Of a DNA stretch of 44,532 bases, positions 36,806 through 44,532 are shown one piece after another. The position numbers and the translations under genes are program-made. The notes beneath the pieces are model-generated. The model saw nothing but the letters and a program-made list of their open reading frames with translations, searched no databases and was not told the DNA's origin. The first letter of the stretch is position 1. Every line of letters starts with the position of its first letter. The DNA is from an uncultured Candidatus Poseidoniales archaeon (GTDB taxonomy: Archaea > Thermoplasmatota > Poseidoniia > Poseidoniales > Thalassarchaeaceae): positions 1 to 44,532 of the forward strand of contig CAZXZO010000014.1 in NCBI GenBank assembly GCA_964645485.1. The letters are read 5' to 3'.

Positions 36806-37587
36806 AGGAAGACAACATCGCTCTTAAAGTCTCAAATCTGACAAAAGATTTCGGAGGTTTGCGGGCTGTAAATGATATTTCTTTTGAGGTTGCGAAGGGT
36901 GAATTTGTTGGACTCATTGGGCCAAATGGCTGTGGGAAATCTACAACATTCAATTGCATATCTGGTTTACTTGAACCTACTGCGGGTCAAATTGAGGTGT
37001 TCGGACAAGATGCAGGGAATCTTAGACCTGACGAAATCCAAAGGCTTGGACTGACGAGGACTTTTCAACATACAAGATTGTGGAAAGAGATGACCGTGAT
37101 AGAGAATTTGCTTGTTCCACCGCGGCAGCAATTTGCTCCTAATCCATTAATTTCATTGATGAAACCCCGTTCAAGAAAGGCAGAAAAGGAACGCCTCATT
37201 GATGCTTTTAGTGCCTTAGATATGTTGGAAGTACCACACATGGCGGACAATCTTGCCAGTGAATTATCTGGTGGACAGAGTAAACTAGTGGACATTGGGA
37301 GGTCTTTGATGGGTGCTCCTCAAATTTTACTTCTTGACGAACCTGTTGCTGGGGTTGCCGGGCCTCTTGCGGAGAAGATATTTGGGAATCTGAGAAATTT
37401 GGTCACAAAAACTGGTATCAGTATTTTTGTGATTGAACACAATATGGATTTTATTTTACGGCGTGGTGTTGATAGGATAATTGTCATGGACCAAGGCGGG
37501 ATTTTGATGCAAGGAACACCTGATGAAGTGAAAGAAAGTAGAGAAGTTGTTGAGGCTTACCTCGGTGGCGGTGGTGAGCAAGAATGA
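36802..37587 (+). CDS. livG: Branched-chain amino acid ABC ATP-binding protein
   Basis: FGGLRAVN, GPNGCGKST, GLTRTFQ, LSGGQSKLVDIGR, LLLDEPVAG, IEHNMDF; ATGA overlap with the permease. Confidence 0.93.
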   Translation: MKEDNIALKVSNLTKDFGGLRAVNDISFEVAKGEFVGLIGPNGCGKSTTFNCISGLLEPTAGQIEVFGQDAGNLRPDEIQRLGLTRTFQHTRLWKEMTVIENLLVPPRQQFAPNPLISLMKPRSRKAEKERLIDAFSALDMLEVPHMADNLASELSGGQSKLVDIGRSLMGAPQILLLDEPVAGVAGPLAEKIFGNLRNLVTKTGISIFVIEHNMDFILRRGVDRIIVMDQGGILMQGTPDEVKESREVVEAYLGGGGEQE

Positions 37588-37754
37588 TTCTAGTCTCAAC
37601 AAATCATCGTTACTTTAGCACCGGCTGTGGCCCGTATGATTTCCATCAGAAAACTGAGTATTTTGATGCCACGGCACAGATTTCAAGTCATTATATTGAT
37701 TCTGAGGCAGCAAAAATAATCCAATCAAGAAATTGGAAGGAGGTGAACATTTGA
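37584..37754 (+). CDS. Putative 56-aa microprotein filling the livG-livF gap
   Basis: Manual translation MILVSTNHRYFSTGCGPYDFHQKTEYFDATAQISSHYIDSEAAKIIQSRNWKEVNI. ATGA overlap with the livG stop and TTGA overlap with the livF start. Below the 60-aa ORF-track cutoff. Confidence 0.4.
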   Translation: MILVSTNHRYFSTGCGPYDFHQKTEYFDATAQISSHYIDSEAAKIIQSRNWKEVNI

Positions 37755-38470
37755 CTCGATTATTGGATGTTCAAGGCCTTGAAGGTGGCTACGGTTCTGT
37801 GAAAATTTTGAACGGAGTCGATTTACATGTTGAAAAGGGTGAATTTGTTACTATTATCGGACCTAATGGTTGTGGTAAATCAACTTTCATCAAGGTGTTG
37901 TTTGGCATCGCAACTCATTATACAGGTACAGTAATGCATGAAGGCACGAATGTTTCAGCATGGAGGACAGACCGGTTAGTAAAGAGAGGTATTGCTTATG
38001 TCCCACAAGTGGAGAATGTGTTTCACACCCTAACAGTTCATGAGAATTTGCAGATGGGTGGCATCGGTTTAGGTGTAGGTGTCCTCGAGGAAAGAATTGA
38101 GCGGACGTTTGAGATGTTTCCCGACCTAAAACCCCGGGTTCACGATTTGGCTGCCTCACTTTCAGGAGGTCAACGCCAAATGTTAGCGCTTTCAAGGGCG
38201 TTGATTTCTGACCCACAATTATTGCTGCTAGATGAACCGACAGCGGCGTTGTCACCACTTTATCAAGAGCAAATAATTGAGCGAATTGATGCCTTGCGCC
38301 AGCATGGAATTACGGTATTGATTGTTGAGCAAAATGCTCGACTCTCATTGGCTCGTTCTGACCGTGGATACATCATGTCTGGAGGTGAAATTGTTCATAC
38401 CGGAACGGCAGACGATTTACTAAATGACCCAGATATTGGTAAATATTTCCTAGGAATCAAGGATGATTAA
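37751..38470 (+). CDS. livF: Branched-chain amino acid ABC ATP-binding protein
   Basis: GGYG.VKILNGV, GPNGCGKST, GIAYVPQ..NVF..LTVHENL, LSGGQRQMLALSRAL, LLDEPTAALSP, IVEQNAR. TTG 37751 follows the perfect RBS GGAGGTGA (ORF track starts at 37733). Confidence 0.93.
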   Translation: MTRLLDVQGLEGGYGSVKILNGVDLHVEKGEFVTIIGPNGCGKSTFIKVLFGIATHYTGTVMHEGTNVSAWRTDRLVKRGIAYVPQVENVFHTLTVHENLQMGGIGLGVGVLEERIERTFEMFPDLKPRVHDLAASLSGGQRQMLALSRALISDPQLLLLDEPTAALSPLYQEQIIERIDALRQHGITVLIVEQNARLSLARSDRGYIMSGGEIVHTGTADDLLNDPDIGKYFLGIKDD

Positions 38471-38512
38471 ACTGCCTGATATTCAGTCAAAAGCAACAGA
38501 TTTGAGGAAATT

Positions 38513-39151
38513 TCAGTTTTCGCCACTAATCCACTTGATGAGTGTAGATTCAGCACGGTGAAGGTGTTCGCCAAGAGTGCTTCTGGCAATTCCAATGTGG
38601 TCTGCTAGTTCTCGCATGGATATTTTCTTTGGTTCATCGTAATAACCTAACAAAACCGCTTGTTGAACAACTTCTAATTGGCGCTCTCCTAAAAGTGATT
38701 GAGCTTCGTTTTTAGGGTCGTCGTGGGTGGTTACCGAAACCTTGTCAGGTGGCAAGAATATGTTTACCTGGGCTAAGAATTGGCTAATTCCTGATGGTAC
38801 ACCTCGCAGCGTTATTTCAACTCCTTCGTCTGATATTGAGTAGGGGGGGTACACAGCAATGTCATCAAAACTGATTGCTGAGACAACTAATGGATGCTGA
38901 TTCAACACGACTATTGCTTCCAAACCGTCACCACGATTTGGCAGAACACCCTCAAAGGTAAGAAAAGATACATCATTAATTGATTCAAAGTCAGCACCAT
39001 CTCTCATCTCACACCGAGTTAGTTGGCGCACCCCTTCTGGTTGAACATCCAAATGTGCAACTACTTCAAAAGTTGAGCATATTTTAAGGAGTTCTTGGAA
39101 CTCAGATTTTTCGACAGTTGTCGCAGACCAGTGAATCCTCACTTCTTGCAC
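38513..39151 (-). CDS. Bacterio-opsin-activator-type (HTH_10) transcriptional regulator
   Basis: LGERQLEVVQQAVLLGYYDEPKKISMRELADHIGIARSTLGEHLHRAESTLI. Confidence 0.88.
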   Translation of the reverse strand: MQEVRIHWSATTVEKSEFQELLKICSTFEVVAHLDVQPEGVRQLTRCEMRDGADFESINDVSFLTFEGVLPNRGDGLEAIVVLNQHPLVVSAISFDDIAVYPPYSISDEGVEITLRGVPSGISQFLAQVNIFLPPDKVSVTTHDDPKNEAQSLLGERQLEVVQQAVLLGYYDEPKKISMRELADHIGIARSTLGEHLHRAESTLIKWISGEN

Positions 39152-39234
39152 ACAACTGCGTGGATGGTATCGCCTATCATTCTTCGTTTTTCGTGGTAAA
39201 CTCTAGATGGTCGGGTGATAGTTAATGTGTAAGT

Positions 39235-42200
39235 ATGTCTACAACACTAACCATGGCAGAAGGTATTGAAGATGGTAGAACTCGGTTCCGAGATTTTTCA
39301 AAAGTTAGACAACAAGCAACAATTCAACCACCGGCAGGTGAGCAGTCAACCTATTACCCAGGAGTTTCTGTAGAATCTCCAATTGCAGCGGGTGTAGATG
39401 TTGATAGCGCAAAAATGGGAATGTTATTCTCAATTATTGGTGGTATGATTGCGCTTGCCTTTGCAATCGGACGCTTCATGACAAGTGAACTTGATAGCGA
39501 TATGGAATTTCTTTATCTCGCGATTGGTGCAGGTTTGATGGTAATATTTTCTTACGGATTTGTTGAGGTGCAATATCGCCGTCATCAAACCATATCAATT
39601 GTTCATGATTATGTGCTATCATTTGGTCATTTATTCGCTGTACTAGGTGGGTTTTGGTTATCCCGCTGGGGTTTGTTTTTCTATTGCGGATATTACCCTG
39701 ATTCAGGTGTTTTATGCAATGGGGTTTCTGGTACTGATGGCTGGATGCCAGGTCAGTGGGGTGCGGTTGTTCAAGCCTCTGTGTTTGTTATGATTGGTTT
39801 ATCTCAGTGGCGTCAGAATGAACGGGTTGGAGCAACAATACTGCCGCGTTTAGTAACCACTCTTGCACCGCTTGTGGTGCTATTCATTGGTGCTGAAATA
39901 TGGGTTAATTGGGCTAATGGTTCAATTTCTCTTCCTTTGATTATCAGCATGTTGGCATTGACTGGCATGGGGATGTGGCTTGGTTCGGTTTCGAATAGAG
40001 CTCCTCTATTCCTTTCTTCTGCTTTCCTTTCTTCGGTAATCCCAATAATTTACGAACTGAAAGTTGGTGGTGGAGGCGGCCTCACATTACTGGCAATAGT
40101 CGTGCTTATGCAAGGGATGTTTGCCTCTGCAAGAGGCTTGTCACAGCCAATGATACAACGCGGTTCAATTGGATTAGTTCTGATTGTTTTGATTGCAGAA
40201 TTTTGGGCTGTTGTTGGCGACTTGGATTTAGTGCTTGTTCAGCCAATTGACAATGTGTTAGCAAGTTTGCCATTATTCCTGTGGTTATCACTACTGATTG
40301 GGTACTTCGCTGCAGTCCACATGCGCCGAGTTCCATGGATGCCGATTGGCTTAGCGGTAGGTTTGGCATTTTTGCCAGCACCTGGTTCCGGATTTGCATG
40401 GGCTATTGCGATTGTAATGTTTGTTTACATGGTGACTAAACCTCAAACAAGGCGCTGGGTTTCTGATTGGACTTTCTCAATGTTAGGAACATCTTGGTTC
40501 TTAGTTAATTGGCTATCATCAACTGAACCCGATCCGTTTTCGATATTAGCTTTGGACCCATTATTCCTAGTAATTCCTCCAGCTGCTTTACTTTTCATTG
40601 GAGAAATAGCAAGTAGAGAGGGTAAATTATCCAAGGCACCGTATCATTTGATGGTGGTTTTAACCCTACTATCTCACGAAATGCTGTTCGGGGTTGGGCC
40701 ATATTTACCGATAATATTTGTTGTATACCTTCTACTACTCGTGTTGCGCGAGGCGAGTAATGTTAAATCAGTAGATCTAGATGATAGTGAAGCAAGAAAA
40801 GAGATTTCAGTATTGGTGTTAGTGACCGGTGTTTCAATATTCATTTTAGAACTGATGGGCCGTTTTGAAAGCGGGATTGGAGCAAAAATCGGGGTCTCAG
40901 AATTAGGTGTTGAAGCACTGATTTTTGCGGTCGCCTTGTACTCAATCGGGCGCTCATTACGAGTGGTTGAGTTTGATTTCGGGAAACTCACGAGCATGCT
41001 AATTGATGCTGGTAGCACAGTCTCAGTGTGGGATCCTCAAACAGGGGAATGGTCGTCTCAACCTAGTACATCAATTAACCAAAGGATTGGGGAATGGGGC
41101 CCAGCAATGCGTGGAAGTATGATTCTACCATTGTTGATATTCTCGTTGGCTGCTGCAGGTTCAACTGCGACTTGGACAGTCATGCTGTTGTTGTTACCAA
41201 TAATGGTGCTAATGAGGGAGGTATTGTTTGAGTTACCTCAGGACAATCTTACTCGGGCAGGTGGAGTGTGGTTACTTTTCTTCGTTGGACTTCCCTGGTC
41301 ATTCCGTATCCATGGGTCGTTGATAGATGCAGGTGGAAGTGAAGTTGTTATCGCACAAATAATGTTTGATTTGATAATGTTAGCAGGTCCATTACTAGGC
41401 CAATTTATGTTGATTAAACAGGGTGTAGTTAAGGAGGAAGGCAAAGCTGCAGATTGGCTTCTCATCGGTGTAATGATGGTGGCATTACTCGATGTTTCAG
41501 GAGGTATTTTACTACTCAGCATGATGTTTTTGGCCATGACTCGTGCACTACTACATCGCCGAACAATTGCCATCAATTTGTTGCCAATTGCTTGGGCTGC
41601 TGGAATTTTATTTCTCATTCAGTTGCCGGTTGCAATCATTGATACAATACCGTTCAGTGCATCACTTTTGACGATGAAGTCATCGTTCGTATTTGGAATT
41701 GATTACCCTGCATGGGCGGGAATAGGTTGGGTAATTATTGGTGCCATACCATTGATTGGATTTGCTAGGGATCTCAGGCTAGCAAAGGGTGATGATGCGG
41801 GTAAGCGCACAGAGTTGGTGCAATATCCAACATTAATCCCAATAATCTCAATTTTAGCAGGATTACATCTTCTTGTTTCTGACCCCTATCTACTAGTTCT
41901 AGCAGTAGTGGTTGTTGCTGGAATTGGTGCGTGGGCAACAGGCCAGTTAGCGGTGTTTTGGGTCTGGTCACCAGCATTTTGTTTTTCATTGATGTTCACA
42001 GCGGTTGAACATAATTGGTTTGGGGAAGATGAAATTGCCGAGGTTTTCACAATTGCTTCGCTGGTTACTTGGATAGTGACGGTTCTATTTTGGAAAGGGA
42101 TAATGCAATCCCGCGCTCCAGAAGCAATCCCAGGTAAATATGTGGCACCATCGGGGGATTTTGTTGGATTTGATGCGGAGGTAAAATACCAAAACACTAG

Positions 42201-43248
42201 AAATATTTTAGCAAATGTACAACTTGGTTATGCAGTTATTTTCAGTCTCTTTGGCATGACTGCATGGGGTGGAATCGCATTTTTGGCTACGGCCTTCTTG
42301 TTATTTTGGAGAATGTGGAATCAAAGATATGCAAAATGGATGCTGGCCGCTATTTTCCTTCAATCACTTGCAATTGGAAACACTGTTGAACATCTTTGGG
42401 GAGAATACGGTTTATCCTTGGAAACACAGGGGTTGTGGTTGGTTCTTTCTGGCCTTGTTCTCACTTGGGCTTCGTGGAGAATGTGGGACTTTGAATGGAC
42501 TGAGAAAAGTGACGAGGATATTCTTAATCTGACAAAATTGGCTGGGATTGCTGGCGCTATTTACGTTCCAATAGGTGCTCTTTTCCTATCTGATGAAACT
42601 GGGGCGTGGTTATTTGGTTCTGTATTAGCAGTATTTGGCGGTATTCAGATGATGATTGGCTTTGAGCAGGATGAAAAATGGAGGCGGATTTACACGCTTG
42701 TAGCCATTCCTGTAGGCATATTGATTATTGCTGAAGATATTTCTAATGGGGTATTGCAAGGCGTGATGTATTTGTTAGCGGCTTTGACTCTATTTGGGCA
42801 GGGATTCCTGTACATGAATCGAGCAGGAGTCATGGTTTCAAGCACTGTTGCAAATACACCTTTAGTATCTGAGAACATTGTTGCAGCAAACACGATGGTA
42901 ACTGAAGCTGTTGAGGTTGAAGAACCACAACAAGATGAGGTGGTGGAAGAAGTTGTTGAAACGGTTTCAGAGCCAAAACCAGTTGATGAGGTGTTGCCAC
43001 AGATTGAGCCAGAATCAATTGCTGAAGCATTACAAAAAATTGATCCTGAGCCAGTTGCTCTTACACGATTTCACAGTGGTGAAGGATTTGATATTGAATT
43101 ACCACCTGATGTATTGTTTAGAATCCGTGCTTCGCTTCGTGATGCCGAATACGAAGGATACAAGCCGATTGTAAAGTGGGATCAATATGGTAGAGTCATT
43201 CTTGACTTTGAACCAATTGCATTTTTGCATTCTCATTCAGATGATTGA
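39235..43248 (+). CDS. Very large polytopic membrane protein of unknown function
   Basis: 1337-aa ORF with roughly 35 hydrophobic segments by eye, an acidic Glu/Pro/Val linker and a short soluble C-terminal domain. Confidence 0.85.
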   Translation: MSTTLTMAEGIEDGRTRFRDFSKVRQQATIQPPAGEQSTYYPGVSVESPIAAGVDVDSAKMGMLFSIIGGMIALAFAIGRFMTSELDSDMEFLYLAIGAGLMVIFSYGFVEVQYRRHQTISIVHDYVLSFGHLFAVLGGFWLSRWGLFFYCGYYPDSGVLCNGVSGTDGWMPGQWGAVVQASVFVMIGLSQWRQNERVGATILPRLVTTLAPLVVLFIGAEIWVNWANGSISLPLIISMLALTGMGMWLGSVSNRAPLFLSSAFLSSVIPIIYELKVGGGGGLTLLAIVVLMQGMFASARGLSQPMIQRGSIGLVLIVLIAEFWAVVGDLDLVLVQPIDNVLASLPLFLWLSLLIGYFAAVHMRRVPWMPIGLAVGLAFLPAPGSGFAWAIAIVMFVYMVTKPQTRRWVSDWTFSMLGTSWFLVNWLSSTEPDPFSILALDPLFLVIPPAALLFIGEIASREGKLSKAPYHLMVVLTLLSHEMLFGVGPYLPIIFVVYLLLLVLREASNVKSVDLDDSEARKEISVLVLVTGVSIFILELMGRFESGIGAKIGVSELGVEALIFAVALYSIGRSLRVVEFDFGKLTSMLIDAGSTVSVWDPQTGEWSSQPSTSINQRIGEWGPAMRGSMILPLLIFSLAAAGSTATWTVMLLLLPIMVLMREVLFELPQDNLTRAGGVWLLFFVGLPWSFRIHGSLIDAGGSEVVIAQIMFDLIMLAGPLLGQFMLIKQGVVKEEGKAADWLLIGVMMVALLDVSGGILLLSMMFLAMTRALLHRRTIAINLLPIAWAAGILFLIQLPVAIIDTIPFSASLLTMKSSFVFGIDYPAWAGIGWVIIGAIPLIGFARDLRLAKGDDAGKRTELVQYPTLIPIISILAGLHLLVSDPYLLVLAVVVVAGIGAWATGQLAVFWVWSPAFCFSLMFTAVEHNWFGEDEIAEVFTIASLVTWIVTVLFWKGIMQSRAPEAIPGKYVAPSGDFVGFDAEVKYQNTRNILANVQLGYAVIFSLFGMTAWGGIAFLATAFLLFWRMWNQRYAKWMLAAIFLQSLAIGNTVEHLWGEYGLSLETQGLWLVLSGLVLTWASWRMWDFEWTEKSDEDILNLTKLAGIAGAIYVPIGALFLSDETGAWLFGSVLAVFGGIQMMIGFEQDEKWRRIYTLVAIPVGILIIAEDISNGVLQGVMYLLAALTLFGQGFLYMNRAGVMVSSTVANTPLVSENIVAANTMVTEAVEVEEPQQDEVVEEVVETVSEPKPVDEVLPQIEPESIAEALQKIDPEPVALTRFHSGEGFDIELPPDVLFRIRASLRDAEYEGYKPIVKWDQYGRVILDFEPIAFLHSHSDD

Positions 43249-43305
43249 TTTTTCTTTCAGAAATACCGCCAATAACTCTTTCAACTTATTGGGGAATCAA
43301 GGCTT

Positions 43306-44442
43306 ATGGGTAAGACTGAGATACTAGCACCAGTAATTGTTTTGATGATGTTGATGGCTTTTGGAGGATATGTCCTCATGAATCAACAAGGAGAAAGTGG
43401 AGATGAAGGAGGCGGGCCTAATGATGAGAATTCTTCTCTATCTGAATGGTTTGTTTATTCGGTGGGAAGCAGTGATGAACTTCCGGATTGTGACGATTCT
43501 ACGAAGGGTAGGCTCTACTATGTTGAATCGGAGTCATCATTCTATGTCTGTAAGAGCAACGGTTGGATGTTCATTGATTTAACAGGAGAATCAGGTGCAA
43601 CAGGTACACCTGGTCAGAATGGAACTTCTGCATCAATTATCAAAAATATGGCACCATTAGTTAGCGTATCAAAAGCACAAGGGATTGCCGGTACAGCGGT
43701 TTATTCATCTACAAACGGTTCGTTCATTGGATATTCCGGTTACAATTTTTCAATATTTAGAACGATGGTTGATTTGGATGGGAATATTATGTCAGCAGGT
43801 TGGGATTTCAATCTAGATGGTACTATTGATCAAATTTCCACTGATGCATCTTCGGTGGATTTGATATTCATACCGACATCAAATTGGGTGATGGCAAACA
43901 CCATTCTAGGTTCTGTTAATGTACCAAATAAATTCTTAATGACAACATTTGCTTTCATTGCCATTGATGATGATGGTGCGGCAACGGCTGAATTACATAC
44001 TTTAATTTTTGATTCTTATGAGTTTGGATCTGAATTAGATACGAGTGAGGTAGCATTGGAGTATCCAGGAGAGCCAACAGGGGATACTACCCTGAACACC
44101 TACACAGCAGATGACGCAGATGACGCAGCAAACGATGCAGCTGGTGGAGCAGACACACTGATCCGCATGCAGATGACTGGTAAGGATGACCTAGCATGGT
44201 CATTCGTTAAGGTCACACTAAGTGTCGGTGACAACATCTACACATGCAGCGTAACAGCAGGCGATGACTGTACTATCAGCCAATCCGCTGGCAGTAACGA
44301 CAACGCATGGGAACCTGGGGAGTACATCTTCCTAAGTGAAGGCACAGCAGAAATCTGCAGTTCACAAGGCTGTAACGTCGGTATCTCCGTAACAAACGGT
44401 GGCCACACAGTTGCTGGTGACAGCAGCCAGATGGTTAACTGA
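43306..44442 (+). CDS. Membrane-anchored surface protein: short collagen-like stretch, beta-rich middle, C-terminal pilin-like globular domain
   Basis: N-terminal TM, LPDCDDSTKGRLYYV...FYVC, G-X-Y triplets GESGATGTPGQNG, DLDGNI...DFNLDGTID, and terminal RMQMTGKDDLAWSFVKVTLSVGDN...WEPGEYIFLSE (recalled from MGII pilin-like proteins). Confidence 0.7.
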   Translation: MGKTEILAPVIVLMMLMAFGGYVLMNQQGESGDEGGGPNDENSSLSEWFVYSVGSSDELPDCDDSTKGRLYYVESESSFYVCKSNGWMFIDLTGESGATGTPGQNGTSASIIKNMAPLVSVSKAQGIAGTAVYSSTNGSFIGYSGYNFSIFRTMVDLDGNIMSAGWDFNLDGTIDQISTDASSVDLIFIPTSNWVMANTILGSVNVPNKFLMTTFAFIAIDDDGAATAELHTLIFDSYEFGSELDTSEVALEYPGEPTGDTTLNTYTADDADDAANDAAGGADTLIRMQMTGKDDLAWSFVKVTLSVGDNIYTCSVTAGDDCTISQSAGSNDNAWEPGEYIFLSEGTAEICSSQGCNVGISVTNGGHTVAGDSSQMVN

Positions 44443-44452
44443 TATTTGAGCA

Positions 44453-44532
44453 CTATTCGCCCCAAGGGTGCCAGACGCCGTCTCCATCCTTATCGCGATA
44501 GTGGAATTTTCCATCTTCGTTCTTCCACTCGT
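44453..44532 (-). CDS. 3' end of a gene entering from outside the window
   Basis: Reverse frame reads EWKNEDGKFHYRDKDGDGVWHPWGE-stop (TAG at 44453-44455). Confidence 0.6.
   Translation of the reverse strand, partial: EWKNEDGKFHYRDKDGDGVWHPWGE

Noticed and set aside
3079-44465. The many 60-160 aa ORFs nested in or antisense to the assigned genes (e.g. 4564..4974, 13030..13455, 13477..13953, 15897..16271, 22958..23320, 34311..34706, 41238..41618)
   Set aside because: No family motifs, fully overlapping well-supported genes, with composition typical of antisense frames
1-44532. tRNA, rRNA, CRISPR array, IS/transposase, integrase or defence system
   Set aside because: No cloverleaf, spaced direct repeats, terminal inverted repeats or relevant protein motifs were seen in the intergenic gaps or ORFs

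Overview
A 44.5 kb gene-dense chromosomal segment from an archaeon. The most likely source is a Marine Group II euryarchaeote (Ca. Poseidoniales), inferred from the archaeal-type shikimate genes, HTH_10 regulators, GGAGGTGA-type RBSs, an archaeal lipobox and an MGII-like pilin domain. Contents in order: a partial secreted beta-propeller/TSP3 surface protein; an EF-hand + small-multidrug-export membrane protein; DUF3147; a MacB/LolCDE-type ABC pair with a divergent HTH_10 regulator; xth; an aroA'-aroB'-aroK-aroC-aspartate kinase operon; a MoxR/DUF58/DUF4350-like module; a three-subunit molybdo-flavoenzyme resembling 4-hydroxybenzoyl-CoA reductase (hcrCAB order, [4Fe-4S] insert in the FAD subunit); an HX5D acyltransferase head-to-head with a 934-aa protein; a Liv-type ABC system (tandem binding protein, fused LivH-LivM, hidden 56-aa coupled ORF); a second HTH_10; a 1337-aa polytopic membrane protein; and a chimeric surface protein ending in a pilin-like domain with a sharp codon-usage break. 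The best candidate for an undescribed system is the 934-aa protein. It carries colinear motifs and the two-terminal-TM topology of the eukaryotic CD36/SR-BI/LIMP-2 lipid-transport family and is divergently paired with a glycerolipid acyltransferase, suggesting a lipid/fatty-acid uptake-and-acylation module in an archaeon. No rRNA, tRNA, CRISPR or mobile element was recognised. All family assignments come from motif recognition by eye and remembered reference sequences, not from searches.
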